Shown here: in pieces, positions 18,354-27,800 of the stretch
Layout of the letters: each line of letters begins with the position of its first letter
Position numbering within the stretch: position 1 is the first letter of the stretch
From: an uncultured Candidatus Kuenenia sp.
Lineage (GTDB): Bacteria; Planctomycetota; Planctomycetia; Pirellulales; UBA1268
Length of the DNA stretch: 40,316 nucleotides
Assembly: GCA_964425395.1 (NCBI GenBank)
Contig: CAYRNG010000155.1
Span: forward strand, 1-40,316
Direction: 5' to 3'
Made by a program: the position numbers and the translations under genes
The notes under the pieces: generated by a model
The model's database searches: none
What the model was told of the DNA's origin: nothing
What the model saw: the letters and a program-made list of their open reading frames with translations, nothing else

Positions 18354-19760
18354 CTACCGGCCCGGCAGGTCGCAGCGGCTGCCGAAGGCGCCCCGGGCGG
18401 CGATCGCCGCGGCCACTTCCGGCGTGACGAGCTCCCGCCAGGAGGGGTCGCCCGAGCAGAGCCGGTCGCGGACCTCGGCGCTGGAGTAGGTGCGGAGGGT
18501 GTCGGGATCGCAGTCGAGGCCGCGGACCAGGCCGTTGGCCCGGAGGTGCTCGAGGAGGTGGGCCAGGTGGGGGGCGACGCGGAGGGTGTCGACGGTCACC
18601 ACGCGGCCGTCGATCGCGTCGCGGGTGGGGTGCACGTAGAACCGGGCTGCGTGGGCGAACATCCGCCCGCAGGCCTCCAGGATCCCGCCGCCCAGGCCGC
18701 CGTAATGCCGCTCGTCGAACACCGCCCGCAACAGCGGCACGCCGAGCACGAAGCCCGTCCGGGCGACGTGCCGGGCCGCCAGATACTCGGCCAGCTCGTG
18801 AAACGGTCCGATCGCGCTGACGAGCACCATCTTGCCGGCCGCCGCGATCAGCTCGACCCGATCGAGGAAGTCGCCGTCGTCCTCCCGCGGGCCGCCCCGC
18901 AGGCTGGCCGTCGAGATCTCGAGCAGTTCCGCGACATCGCTCGCCCCGTCGGCCCCGAAGGCCTCACCGGCCCGGGCGAGCATCTCGAGGTTGAGCCTGG
19001 TCACCGGGGCGAACCGGCCCCGCTCCACGAGCACGTCCTTCTTGCGGACCGTCTCGGCGGCCAGGGCCGGCCGGCCGGCCGCATCGAAGAGCACCGCCGG
19101 CGTGTAGCCGCGACGGACGAGGTGGAGGGCCAGGAGGCGGTTGTCGGTTCCGGGAAAGGCCGGCCCCTGCACGGCGACGTGGTCGATTTCGAGCCGCTCC
19201 GGTCCGATCTGGTCGAGCAGCACGTCGAGCATCTCGGTCGGCTGCCGCCAGCGGTCGAGGGCGGCATGCACGAGGTTCACGCCCAGCCGGCCGACCGCCT
19301 CCTGCTGGAGCTGATTGGTGGGGTCGAGCAGGCGGACGTGCACCACCAGGTCGCTGGGCTCGGCCCGGAAGGCGTGCTGGAAGCGGATCCCGGCCCAGCC
19401 GTGGCAGTCGTTACCCCCGGCGAACGAGCGGGCCGCGACGGTGTCGGCGAAGGCGAAGAACCGGGTCCGCTCGCCCCGGGCCGGGTCGAGCCGCTCGCGG
19501 AGGAGGGCGAACTCGTGGTCGAGCATCTCCCCGACCCGCTCCCGCGACACGTAGCGGGGCGCCTTCCCGTAGATCGCGTCACTGAAGGTCATGTCGTAGG
19601 CCGACATCGTCTTGGCGACGGTGCCCGCGGCGGCTCCCACGGAGAAGAACCAGCGGGCCACCTCCTGGCCGGCCCCGATCTCGGCGAAGCTGCCGTAGAC
19701 GTCGGGATTGAGGTTGATCGCCAGGGCCCGTTCGGCGGTCGGGTCGAGGGAGCGGTTCAT
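18354..19760 (-). CDS. Conserved-looking protein of unknown function (468 aa)
   Basis: Start re-set to the ATG at 19760 (MNRSLDPTAERALAINLNPDVYGSFAEIGAGQEVARWFF...). Composition is protein-like throughout. I believe the YG.FAEIGAGQEVA block is conserved across many bacteria, but I cannot name the family. The N-terminal 451 codons of track ORF 18354..21113 overlap the LRAT and ATPase genes and are Arg/Gly/Pro junk. Confidence 0.65.
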   Translation of the reverse strand: MNRSLDPTAERALAINLNPDVYGSFAEIGAGQEVARWFFSVGAAAGTVAKTMSAYDMTFSDAIYGKAPRYVSRERVGEMLDHEFALLRERLDPARGERTRFFAFADTVAARSFAGGNDCHGWAGIRFQHAFRAEPSDLVVHVRLLDPTNQLQQEAVGRLGVNLVHAALDRWRQPTEMLDVLLDQIGPERLEIDHVAVQGPAFPGTDNRLLALHLVRRGYTPAVLFDAAGRPALAAETVRKKDVLVERGRFAPVTRLNLEMLARAGEAFGADGASDVAELLEISTASLRGGPREDDGDFLDRVELIAAAGKMVLVSAIGPFHELAEYLAARHVARTGFVLGVPLLRAVFDERHYGGLGGGILEACGRMFAHAARFYVHPTRDAIDGRVVTVDTLRVAPHLAHLLEHLRANGLVRGLDCDPDTLRTYSSAEVRDRLCSGDPSWRELVTPEVAAAIAARGAFGSRCDLPGR

Positions 19761-20036
19761 GCGGAGGGCCTGCGGAGGACGCGAGGCGGGGCGGCGGGCC
19801 CTATCGCGGGAAGCCGCCCGCGGCCCACACGGTAGGGGGCCGCGCGGGAAGCCACAAGCAGCCGGCCGGGGGCAGACGAAAATCTCACCCGCCCCGTGTC
19901 CTCGGCCCCCGGGCCGCCGCCTGCGGGCGAACCGGCGGGGAGCGGCTGGCGTAGAATCTCTCGGCAATTTCTGGTATCTGACGGGAATGTCGGGCAGCAA
20001 CTCGGCGCCGGCAGACGGAGGCAAGGAGACGGCAGG

Positions 20037-20474
20037 ATGGCAGCGGGTGAGCGGCTGGAAGTGAACCGGTGGCTGGTGGGGACGGCCCTCCGTTACGTCC
20101 ACCACGGGATCGACATGGGCGACGGCACCGTCGTCCATGCCCGGCCCCGCGACTTCCGCAATCCCTTCGGCGGCGGCAGCGTGGTGCGGACCTCCCTCGA
20201 GGAGTTCGCCGACGGCCAGGAGGTCCGCCCGACCCTCCACCCGCCGGCCGTTTTTCCCCTCGCGGAGGTGGCCCGCCGGGCCGCGGCCCATGTCGGCCGG
20301 GAGGGCTACTGCCCGGTGGTCGCCAACTGCGAGCACTTCGCGACCTGGTGCGCCACCGGCGAGCGGCGGAGCCGGCAGGTCGAGGCGGTGGTCCGGCGGG
20401 TGGCCTCGGTGGCGGCCACGGTCGTGGCCGGCGTGGTCGCGATCCGCTCTGGCCGCGTCGCAGCCCGCTCGTAG
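20037..20474 (+). CDS. LRAT / PLAAT-like (NlpC/P60 superfamily) thiol acyltransferase-hydrolase with C-terminal membrane anchor
   Basis: Start re-set to the ATG at 20037, giving 145 aa. It has a His box YVHHGIDMGDGTVVHA and the catalytic Cys motif NCEHFATWC. The hydrophobic tail is VASVAATVVAGVVAI. Confidence 0.75.
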   Translation: MAAGERLEVNRWLVGTALRYVHHGIDMGDGTVVHARPRDFRNPFGGGSVVRTSLEEFADGQEVRPTLHPPAVFPLAEVARRAAAHVGREGYCPVVANCEHFATWCATGERRSRQVEAVVRRVASVAATVVAGVVAIRSGRVAARS

Positions 20475-20512
20475 CTGAACAGGCCCTGATGTCCGGGGCG
20501 GCTCGTCGGGAC

Positions 20513-22438
20513 TCAGTAATCCGAGAGCGTGCCCGGCCGCCAGGAGACCCTTAGGGCGTTCATGACGGCGGCCACGTCGATCGCCTCCTGGACGAGCGCC
20601 CCGGCGGCCGGCGGGAGGAGGCCGGCCGCGGCGAAGCCCATGCCCACGAGGCTCGCCGCCATCCCGCCGACCGCGCTTTGCAGGGCGATCGACCGGAGCC
20701 GGCCGGCGATGTGAAACAGCTCGTCCACCCGCTCGAGCGACTGCTCCATCACCACCGCCCCGGCCGCCTCGCCGGTGACGTCGCTGGCGGTGCCGATGGC
20801 GATCCCGACCGTTGCGGCGGCGAGCGCCGGGGCGTCGTTGATGCCGTCCCCCACGAACAGCGTGGGGGCGAGCTTCATCGCCTCTTCCACGATCGCAAGC
20901 TTGCCCTCGGGGGGCACCTCGGCGTGGACCTCCTCGATCCCCACGACCTCGGCCAGCCAGCGGACCTCCTGCTCCCGGTCGCCGGAGACGAGCAGCACCC
21001 GGTCGAGGCCGTGGACCGGCCGGAGGTGGTCGATGAAGGGCCGGCCGTCGGCCCGCGGCGAGTCGTGAAACCGCAGCACCGCCGCGGTCTGGCCATCGAC
21101 CACCACCACGCACTCGAGGCCTCCCGCCTGGGGCGGCAGTCCTGCCGCCGCGGCCGGATCGCTCCCGGCGAGCTTGTGGCGGCTGGTGATGGCCACGGCA
21201 TGCTCCCGGCCGGTGGCGGCCCGCACCCGGCCGGTGAGCCCCCGGCCCGGCAGCTCGCTGACTGCCTCGACCTCGCCCTGCGGCAGGGCCCGCTCGGCCG
21301 CCGCGGCCACGACGGCCGCCGCCAGGGGATGCCGCGAGTACCGCTCCAGGCTGGCGGCCAGGGCGAGCGACTCCTCAGCCGGCCGGGGGCCGACGGCGAG
21401 GATCTCGGTCAGCCGCGGCTCGCCGTAGGTGAGGGTCCCGGTCTTGTCGAAGATCGCCGTCCGGCAGGTGTCGAGCCGCTCGAGCACGGCCGGATCGCGA
21501 ATCACGATCCCCCGTTTGGCAGCCAGCGAGACGGCGCCGATGATCGCCACCGGAATCGCGATCAAGAGCGGACAGGGCGTGGCCACGACCAGCACCGCCA
21601 GAAACCGCACCGGCTCGCCGCTGGCCCACCAGGCCGCCGCCGCCACGGCCAGGGCCACCGGCGTGTAGGCCGCCCCCAGGGAATCGGCCAGCCGCCGCAG
21701 CCGGGGCCGGCGGGCCTCGCTCGCCTCGAGCACCTCCATGATCTTGGCGTAGCGGCTGTCGGCGGCCACCCGGTCGGTGCGGATCTCGAGGGCCGCCGGG
21801 CCGTTGATGGCGCCGGAGAGCACGCTCGAGCCGGGGGCCTTGGGCGTCTGGTAGGGCTCGCCGGTGAGATAGCTCTCATCCATCGTGCCGCGGCCCGCCA
21901 TGACCGTGCCGTCCACCGGGCAGATCTCGTGCGGCAGGACGATGACCAGATCCCCCACCGCGACCTCCGCCAAGGGCACGTCCACCGGCTGGCCGTCGGC
22001 CTTCCGGTGGGCCAAGGCCGGCATTCGCTGGGCCAGGGCCGCGAGCACATCCCCCGCCCGGCTCACCGCCCGCTGCTCGAGAGCCTCGCCGCCGGAGAGC
22101 ATCAGCACCACGAGCACCCCGGCCAGGTATTCGCCAAGGATCACGCTGGTCACGATCGAGATCGCGGCCAGGAGGTCGGAGCCGAACCGGCCCCTGACGA
22201 GCTTCCAGACCAAGTCGCCGACCAGCGGGATCCCGCCTGCCAGGAGCATCGCCACCAGGGGCAGCTCGGCGAGCGTGAGCCCGCGGCCGGGAAAGAACCG
22301 GCTCGGATCGAAGGGCCCGAGCGAGACCGGCTCGGTGCCGTTGCCCGACCAGGCGAGCACGGCCCAGGCCGCCAGGGCCAACGCTGCTCCGCCGGCGATC
22401 AGCTCGTTGACGGGCAGGAAAAAAGGGACGCGACTCAT
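20513..22438 (-). CDS. Heavy-metal P1B-type ATPase, TPCP transmembrane motif, no N-terminal metal-binding domain
   Basis: 641 aa. Motifs TGEP (YLTGEPY), DKTGTLT and GDGINDAP are present. The transmembrane metal motif is [11 protein letters not shown], i.e. TPCP rather than CPC or SPC. There is no CxxC/HMA domain and no C-terminal extra domain. Confidence 0.9.
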   Translation of the reverse strand: MSRVPFFLPVNELIAGGAALALAAWAVLAWSGNGTEPVSLGPFDPSRFFPGRGLTLAELPLVAMLLAGGIPLVGDLVWKLVRGRFGSDLLAAISIVTSVILGEYLAGVLVVLMLSGGEALEQRAVSRAGDVLAALAQRMPALAHRKADGQPVDVPLAEVAVGDLVIVLPHEICPVDGTVMAGRGTMDESYLTGEPYQTPKAPGSSVLSGAINGPAALEIRTDRVAADSRYAKIMEVLEASEARRPRLRRLADSLGAAYTPVALAVAAAAWWASGEPVRFLAVLVVATPCPLLIAIPVAIIGAVSLAAKRGIVIRDPAVLERLDTCRTAIFDKTGTLTYGEPRLTEILAVGPRPAEESLALAASLERYSRHPLAAAVVAAAAERALPQGEVEAVSELPGRGLTGRVRAATGREHAVAITSRHKLAGSDPAAAAGLPPQAGGLECVVVVDGQTAAVLRFHDSPRADGRPFIDHLRPVHGLDRVLLVSGDREQEVRWLAEVVGIEEVHAEVPPEGKLAIVEEAMKLAPTLFVGDGINDAPALAAATVGIAIGTASDVTGEAAGAVVMEQSLERVDELFHIAGRLRSIALQSAVGGMAASLVGMGFAAAGLLPPAAGALVQEAIDVAAVMNALRVSWRPGTLSDY

Positions 22439-22498
22439 TTCCCCACCTCTGCCGGAAAGGAAAGTTGGCGGGCAAAAATGAGTCGCGTCCCCTTTTTC
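22418..22498. promoter_or_regulatory. 23-bp inverted repeat (22 of 23 complementary) with 35-nt spacer spanning the ATPase start codon
   Basis: Arm 22418-22440 is GAAAAAAGGGACGCGACTCATTT and contains the ATPase start (CAT at 22436-22438). Arm 22476-22498 is AAATGAGTCGCGTCCCCTTTTTC and ends 1 nt before the miaE stop (22499-22501). The repeat is certain. Its function is not. Confidence 0.6.
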
Positions 22499-23074
22499 TC
22501 AGCTGTGCATCCGGGGCAGCGGGTCGCCCTGCTCGATGATCGCCGCCTCGGCGGCGGCCAGGTCGCGGAGCCGCTCGCGGACGGTGGATTCGGGGGCGAA
22601 GCCGGCCGCCAGGCGGACGTAGGTCGAGTGGTGGCGGGCCTCCGACTCAAAGAGCCCCCGGTAGAAGTCGCGAAGTTCGGGGTCGGGCACGTGCTCCCCC
22701 AAGAGCGCGAATCGCTCGCAGCTGCGGGCCTCGATCAGCCCCGCCACCAAAAGCCGGTCCACCGCCCGGGCTGGCTCCTGCTTGCGGATGAGCCCCTGGA
22801 GCCGCGGCCCGTAGGAACTCGGGGAGAGCTTGCGAAAGGGGATCCCCCGCCGGTCGAGGAGATCGAGCACCATCCGGAAGTGTTCGAGTTCCTCTTCCAC
22901 GATCTCGGTCATCGCCCGGGCCAGCTCGGTGTGGTCCACGTAGGAAAAGAGCAGGTTCATGGCCACGCCGGCCGCCTTCTTCTCGCAGTGGGCGTGGTCG
23001 ATGAGCACCTCCTCGAGGCCGGCATCGACCTGGCCGAGCCAGCGGGCGGCGGAGGCGGACTGGAGGCTGAGCAT
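22499..23074 (-). CDS. miaE: tRNA-(ms2io6A)-hydroxylase
   Basis: Di-iron ligand blocks are present: DHAHCEKKAA, EELEHF, IEARSCERF and ESEARHH. I chose the ATG at 23074 (MLSLQSASAARW...). The track ORF begins at a GTG at 23161 and adds 29 Pro/Arg-rich residues. Confidence 0.8.
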   Translation of the reverse strand: MLSLQSASAARWLGQVDAGLEEVLIDHAHCEKKAAGVAMNLLFSYVDHTELARAMTEIVEEELEHFRMVLDLLDRRGIPFRKLSPSSYGPRLQGLIRKQEPARAVDRLLVAGLIEARSCERFALLGEHVPDPELRDFYRGLFESEARHHSTYVRLAAGFAPESTVRERLRDLAAAEAAIIEQGDPLPRMHS

Positions 23075-23199
23075 CGAGCGGGCGATCCACGGGGCCGGCG
23101 GTGGCGGCCGGGTTGCGAGCCGCCGCGAAAGCCTGCCATCATACCCCGCAGGGCGGCTCACCCGCCTGAGCCCCGGAGGCGGCCGCCGGCCGCGACTGC

Positions 23200-23601
23200 A
23201 TGATCGCCTTCGACCGCACCCCCGCTGACCGGCCGCCTGAGCGGAACGTGCTCGGCGGGGAACTTGCCAGCTGCTCCCGCGAGCCGCTGACGGGGTTCTT
23301 CCGCGACGGCTGCTGCCGGACCGGGCCCGATGACCTCGGAGTGCACACCGTCTGTGCGGTGATGACCGAGGCGTTTCTCGAGTTCACGGTGAAGGCCGGC
23401 AACGATCTGGTCACGCCCCGGCCGCAGTGGGGCTTTCCGGGGCTGCTGCCGGGCGACCGCTGGTGCCTCTGCGCGGCCCGGTGGCTCGAGGCCGCGGAGG
23501 CGGGCCAGGCCCCGCCGGTCGTGCTCGAGGCGACGCATGAAAAGTCGCTTGCAATCGTGCCCCGGGAACTCCTCGAGCGGCACGCGGTCAAGCCCGGCTG
23601 A
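23200..23601 (+). CDS. DUF2237 family protein
   Basis: 133 aa with ATG at 23200. Family pattern: NVLGGELASCS..PLTGFFRDGCCRTGPDDLGVHTVCAVMT..FL.F....GNDL...P.WGFPGL.PGDRWCLCA.RW. Confidence 0.85.
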   Translation: MIAFDRTPADRPPERNVLGGELASCSREPLTGFFRDGCCRTGPDDLGVHTVCAVMTEAFLEFTVKAGNDLVTPRPQWGFPGLLPGDRWCLCAARWLEAAEAGQAPPVVLEATHEKSLAIVPRELLERHAVKPG

Positions 23602-23711
23602 CCGGCCGGCAACCCGTGGGGCCCGGAGGGTGCCCGTGGGGTAGGTTCGCAACCTGCCATGAACCGGTCTCCACTCCGGCAGACTCGAAGTCCGCCCCAC
23701 GGCCTCTGGGC

Positions 23712-24824
23712 TCAGCCCTTCGTGCCCAAGCCGAGGGTGTTGCGGCAGAAGGCGATGCTGCGGGCGAGCTCGGCGAGCTGATACTCCCGCTCGGCCGCGG
23801 CCCGGGCCTCACCCGCCGGCGGCCGGAAGGGCTCGAGCGGCCGGCCCCGCTTGGCGAGTGCCAGAAACGCCGCCAGATCCTCGGCCCGGCCGTCGGGAAA
23901 CAGGTTCCAGAACTCGCGGTCGTAGATGGGAAACGTCCGCGGAAAGCCCGAGATCGTCTCGATGTGCACCGCCACGCCGGGGCAGACCTTCTCGAAGAGG
24001 TCGAAGAACGCGACCAAGTCCGTGCAGCCTTCCCCCATTGCCGTCCACTGGCAGGTGATGCCGCCGGGCGTGTCGCCGGCCGCGGGCGTCTCCCAGATCA
24101 TCGTGTCGCGGAGGCTCGTGGTGGCCACGTGCGGGGCGAGGGCTGCAAGCGCCCGGCCGGGATCCTCGAGCGTCCAGCAGGCGTTGCCCGAGTCGAAGTT
24201 CACGCCCACCACGCCGCCTCCCGCCTCGGCCACGAGCCCGGCGAGCTCCCGCGACGTCAGGTCGCCGGCGTGGTTCTCGACGGCGATCTTCACGCCGGCG
24301 TCCCCGGCGAGCGACCGGCACTTTTTCAAGACAGCCACCGTGTCGGCGATTCTCGCCGCGATGCCCCCTTCGCTCCGGCGATCCTCCTGGTTGCCGAGCA
24401 CCACGCGGAAGGCGGGCGAGCCCAAGGCCTTCGCCATCCGGATCCCGAGTGCCAGATGCTCCTCGGCCGTGCCCCAGTCGGGCTTGAAGGTCTGCGAGGT
24501 CGGGCAGATGCTCCACGAGCCGAGCACCAGGCTCACGCCCCGGTCGGCGGCATACCGCCGCAGCTCGCCGAGCGAGCCGTCGTCGAGCTTCCCCTCGAAG
24601 GGCGCGAAGTCGGTGATGAACAGCGAATCGCAGCGGAGGGCTTCGGCGTGATCGACGAGCTGGCGGGCGTTCCACTTCATGGCCCGGACGGCGAAATTGT
24701 CGTAGCCCAGCGGGATGCCCCGGCGGCGGGGCGCAGCCCGGGCCGCTGGCGCCAGGGCGGCAGCCGCCGTCAGGCCGCCGGCGGCGAGGAGATCCCGGCG
24801 GCTGATCACGCGCCGGCGTTCCAT
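23712..24824 (-). CDS. Tat-exported sugar phosphate isomerase/epimerase (xylose isomerase-like TIM barrel)
   Basis: Start re-set to the ATG at 24824, giving 370 aa. Twin-arginine signal MERRRVISRRDLLAAGGLTAAAALAPAARA. Barrel blocks: VKIAVENHAGD and VGVNFDSGN. Its ATG overlaps the stop of the upstream gene (TGATG). Confidence 0.85.
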   Translation of the reverse strand: MERRRVISRRDLLAAGGLTAAAALAPAARAAPRRRGIPLGYDNFAVRAMKWNARQLVDHAEALRCDSLFITDFAPFEGKLDDGSLGELRRYAADRGVSLVLGSWSICPTSQTFKPDWGTAEEHLALGIRMAKALGSPAFRVVLGNQEDRRSEGGIAARIADTVAVLKKCRSLAGDAGVKIAVENHAGDLTSRELAGLVAEAGGGVVGVNFDSGNACWTLEDPGRALAALAPHVATTSLRDTMIWETPAAGDTPGGITCQWTAMGEGCTDLVAFFDLFEKVCPGVAVHIETISGFPRTFPIYDREFWNLFPDGRAEDLAAFLALAKRGRPLEPFRPPAGEARAAAEREYQLAELARSIAFCRNTLGLGTKG

Positions 24825-27800
24825 CAGAGCCTCGGCTTGGCCGGCGTGATGGGCGGCAGGAAGTTGGCCGCGCCCTGCGCCTTCAGCTTCCGCACGTAGA
24901 CCTTGTCGCCGCAGGTCGCGAGCAGGTGGTCGAAGTCGGGGCCGCCGAAGCAGAGGTTCGAGACCCTGCCGTTGGGCGTGGGGATGATGCAGTTGACCCG
25001 CCCGGCCTGGTCGCAGACCTGGATCCCCATCCGCGTGGCCACATACAGCCGACCGTCGCGATCCACCCGCATCCCGTCGGCCCCCGAGTCGTCGGCCGTG
25101 TCGGGCACGTGGAGGTGGTAGTACCGCTGCTTGTGGGCGAGCGTGCCGTCGGGCCGCACCTGCCAGCTCCAGACCCAGTGGCTGCGGCTGTCGGCGACGT
25201 ACAAGAGCGTCTGGTCGGGCGAAAGGCAGAGGCCGTTGGAGAACCTGAGGCCGGTGTCGACCACCGTGTCGGTGCCGTCGGGGGCGATGTGGTGGATCCG
25301 GCTCGGGCTCTTGCCGTCCCAGCCCGGCTCGGTCACGTAGATCCCGCCGGCAGAGTTCACGACCAGGTCGTTGCCCCGCCAGCCCTGGGCGAGCGTGGTC
25401 GGCTGTTTGGCGGGGCTCCAGGCGAGGATCGCGGTGTCGGCGGCGCTTGCCGCCACGAGCCGGCCGTCGGGGGCGAAGTTCTGGCCGTCGCCCCGCCGCG
25501 AATCCTCGAGCCAGACCTCGGCCGTCCACTCGGGCGTCACGCGGTAGGTCTTGGAGTTGCCCACGTCGTTGAAGAACAGCTCGCCCCTGGCGTTGGCCGC
25601 CGGTCCCTCGGTGAACTTGTAGCCCTCGCCCACGAGCCGCCAGTCTTCGCCGTCAAGGAGAATCTCCTGGAGCTGCGGGCTGCCCCGACCGCGGCCGGGC
25701 GGCTCCGGCCAGCCGGCCCAGAGCCACTCTATCGCCTGGGGAAACACCTCGGCGGCGTGCTTGCCGTTGTGGCCGCCGTCGCCCCAGGCGTGCTTCACCT
25801 CGTAGCCGGCGAAGGCGAGCGACCGCTCGAGCGCCTGGTTGGCGATCCACCAGTCGCCGCCGTAGATGTCGAGGTCGCCCGAGCCGTCTTCGAGAAACAC
25901 GCGGATCGGCTTGGGCTCGACCTTGCGGACGAGGGTCGAGTAGACGTGGCCGCCCCGCAGGCCGACGTAGGTGCCGATCCCGCTGAACACGCGGGAGAAG
26001 GCGTCGGGCCGTTCCCAGGCGGCGGTGAAGGCACAGATCGCCCCCGACGAGTTGCCGCCGATCGAGCGGTCGGCCCCGCGCTTCGAGAGCACGAGCTTGC
26101 GGCCGTCGGCCGTCACTTTCGTCTCCACGGCCGGCAGCAGTTCGTCGAGGAGAAACGTCGCGTAGTCGCCGCCGAGCGAGTCGTATTCGAAGGAGCGGTT
26201 GAATCGCGGCAGGGCCCCGTCGCGGGCCGCCGGCACGACGCCCGGCTTCACGAACACGCCGATCGTGACGGGCATCTTCCCCGCGTCGATCAGCCGGTCG
26301 AAGACCCGCGGGGCGTCGGACTGCACGCCGTCTTGATTCACATGGACGCAGGCCGGGGTTTTCCCGTCGTATTGCCGGGGCACGTAGACGGTCACCTCGC
26401 GGCTGGTGCCGGGATAGACGCGGCTCGTGTCGAACGTGAAGGAGAAGGTCCCGCCGGCGGGCGGGGCCGCGGGGACGGCGGTGCCCGCCGGCGCGGGCTC
26501 GGCCGTGGCCTGGGCCTGGGTCGCCGAGGGGCTTGCCGTGGCGGCGCCGGCCGCCGGCTTCTCGAGCCGGTAGAGGGCTTTTTCGGTGCGCAGGAAAATC
26601 GCCCGGCCGACCGCGGCTGGCGTGGCATAGATGCCGCCGTCGAGGTGATTGGTCGCCAGCAGCTCATACTCCCGGCCCGGCTTGATCACGAAGGTGTCGC
26701 CGTCCCGGTTGCCCGCGTAGATCCGGCCGTCGGCGAACAGGGGCGACGACGAGAAGTTGCCCCCCAGCCGCTGCGACCAGACCAACTCGCCGGTTCGGGC
26801 GTCGAGGCAGGTGCCCACTCCCTTGTCGCTGACCATGTAGACCAGATCATCCACCACCAGGAGCGACGACATCGTGGGCACCCCCTTCTTCTCCCGCCAG
26901 GCGATCTCGGGGGGCCGGTCAGGGCCGGCCAGCTTCACGGCGAGTAATTCCGGCTGCATGAAGCTCGTGCTCAGAAAGAGCAGGTCGCCGCAGGTCACCG
27001 GCCGGGGCACGATCGAGAACCCGAGCACGCCGTAGCTCAGCTTCCAGAGCTCGCCTCCCGTGGCCGGATCGTAGGCATAGAGCCAGTCGGCCGCCGGCGA
27101 GACGAGCACCTCGCGGCCGCCGAGCGTGAGGATCACTGGCGTCCCATAGGCCTTCTTGAGCTGCGGGTCTTCCCGGAGCACGCCCGAGCGGGGTGTCTGC
27201 CAGGCGATCTGCCCGGTGGCCGTGTCGTAGGCGGCGATCGACTGCACGTCGCTGCCGTCCAAGTGCACGATCAGCTTGTCATGCCAGACGACCGGCGTGC
27301 TGCCCGGGCCGTTCTCGTGGTTGAGCCGCAGCTCGCGGTTGGTCCAGAGCAGCCGGCCCGAGGCGGTGTCGATGCAGGCGGCGCCGAAGTCGCCGCAGTG
27401 GCAGTAGAGCCGGCCGGCGGCGAGCACCGGCGAGGGGGAGGCGTAGGAGTTGAGCTTGTGGATCGGCTGGGGGTCGGGAATCGTGAACAGTTCGACGTCG
27501 TGCAGGATCCGGCCGGTGGTCTGGTCGAGGCAGACCGCCCGGATCGTCACCGGACCGGAGACGGCCAGCTGGCCGGCCATGCGGTTGCCCGCCAGCCGCC
27601 GGGCCTGCTCCTCGGGCGACGCCTCTCGCTCGATGGCGGTCGTCACCCAGACCTGCCCGCCACCGATCACCGGGCTCGACCAGCCGCGGCCGACGAGCGG
27701 CGTCTTCCAGACGACATGCTCGGTCTCACTCCAAGTGACCGGCAGATCGTGGGCGGCCGGGGCATGGCCGTCGCCGGCCGGCCCCCGCCACTGCGGCCAG

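Noticed and set aside
18354-21113. 919-aa track ORF read as one giant protein
   Set aside because: Only the C-terminal 468 aa (from the ATG at 19760) have balanced composition. The upstream 451 codons are Arg/Gly/Pro-rich and overlap the LRAT-like gene and the 3' end of the ATPase gene on the opposite strand.
22441-22475. Metal-sensing riboswitch (for example the NiCo/czcD type) in front of the P1B ATPase
   Set aside because: Only one long hairpin fits in the 60-nt gap. I cannot recognise the multi-helix junction or conserved core of known metal riboswitches. It is reported only as an inverted repeat.
20678-23203. 841-aa plus-strand ORF, and other long antisense ORFs: 140..1228, 1672..3231, 4749..6071, 6327..7799, 7840..9183, 9050..10630, 10985..12034, 13055..14695, 14169..15584, 16062..17531, 18546..19835, 23616..24899, 24926..26947, 30016..31785, 31758..33251, 33573..34895, 35017..36402, 38698..40035
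   Set aside because: Each lies opposite an ORF with clear family motifs. Their translations are dominated by Arg, Pro, Gly and Ala with no recognisable domains. This is the expected stop-codon-poor shadow of roughly 70% GC coding DNA.
23640-23659. tRNA-like T-arm, GGTAGGTTCGCAACCTGCCA (5-bp stem, 7-nt TTCGCAA loop, followed by CCA)
   Set aside because: The 7 nt after the arm have no complementary acceptor strand about 65 nt upstream, and no D or anticodon arms can be drawn. It is an isolated hairpin in a convergent intergenic region.
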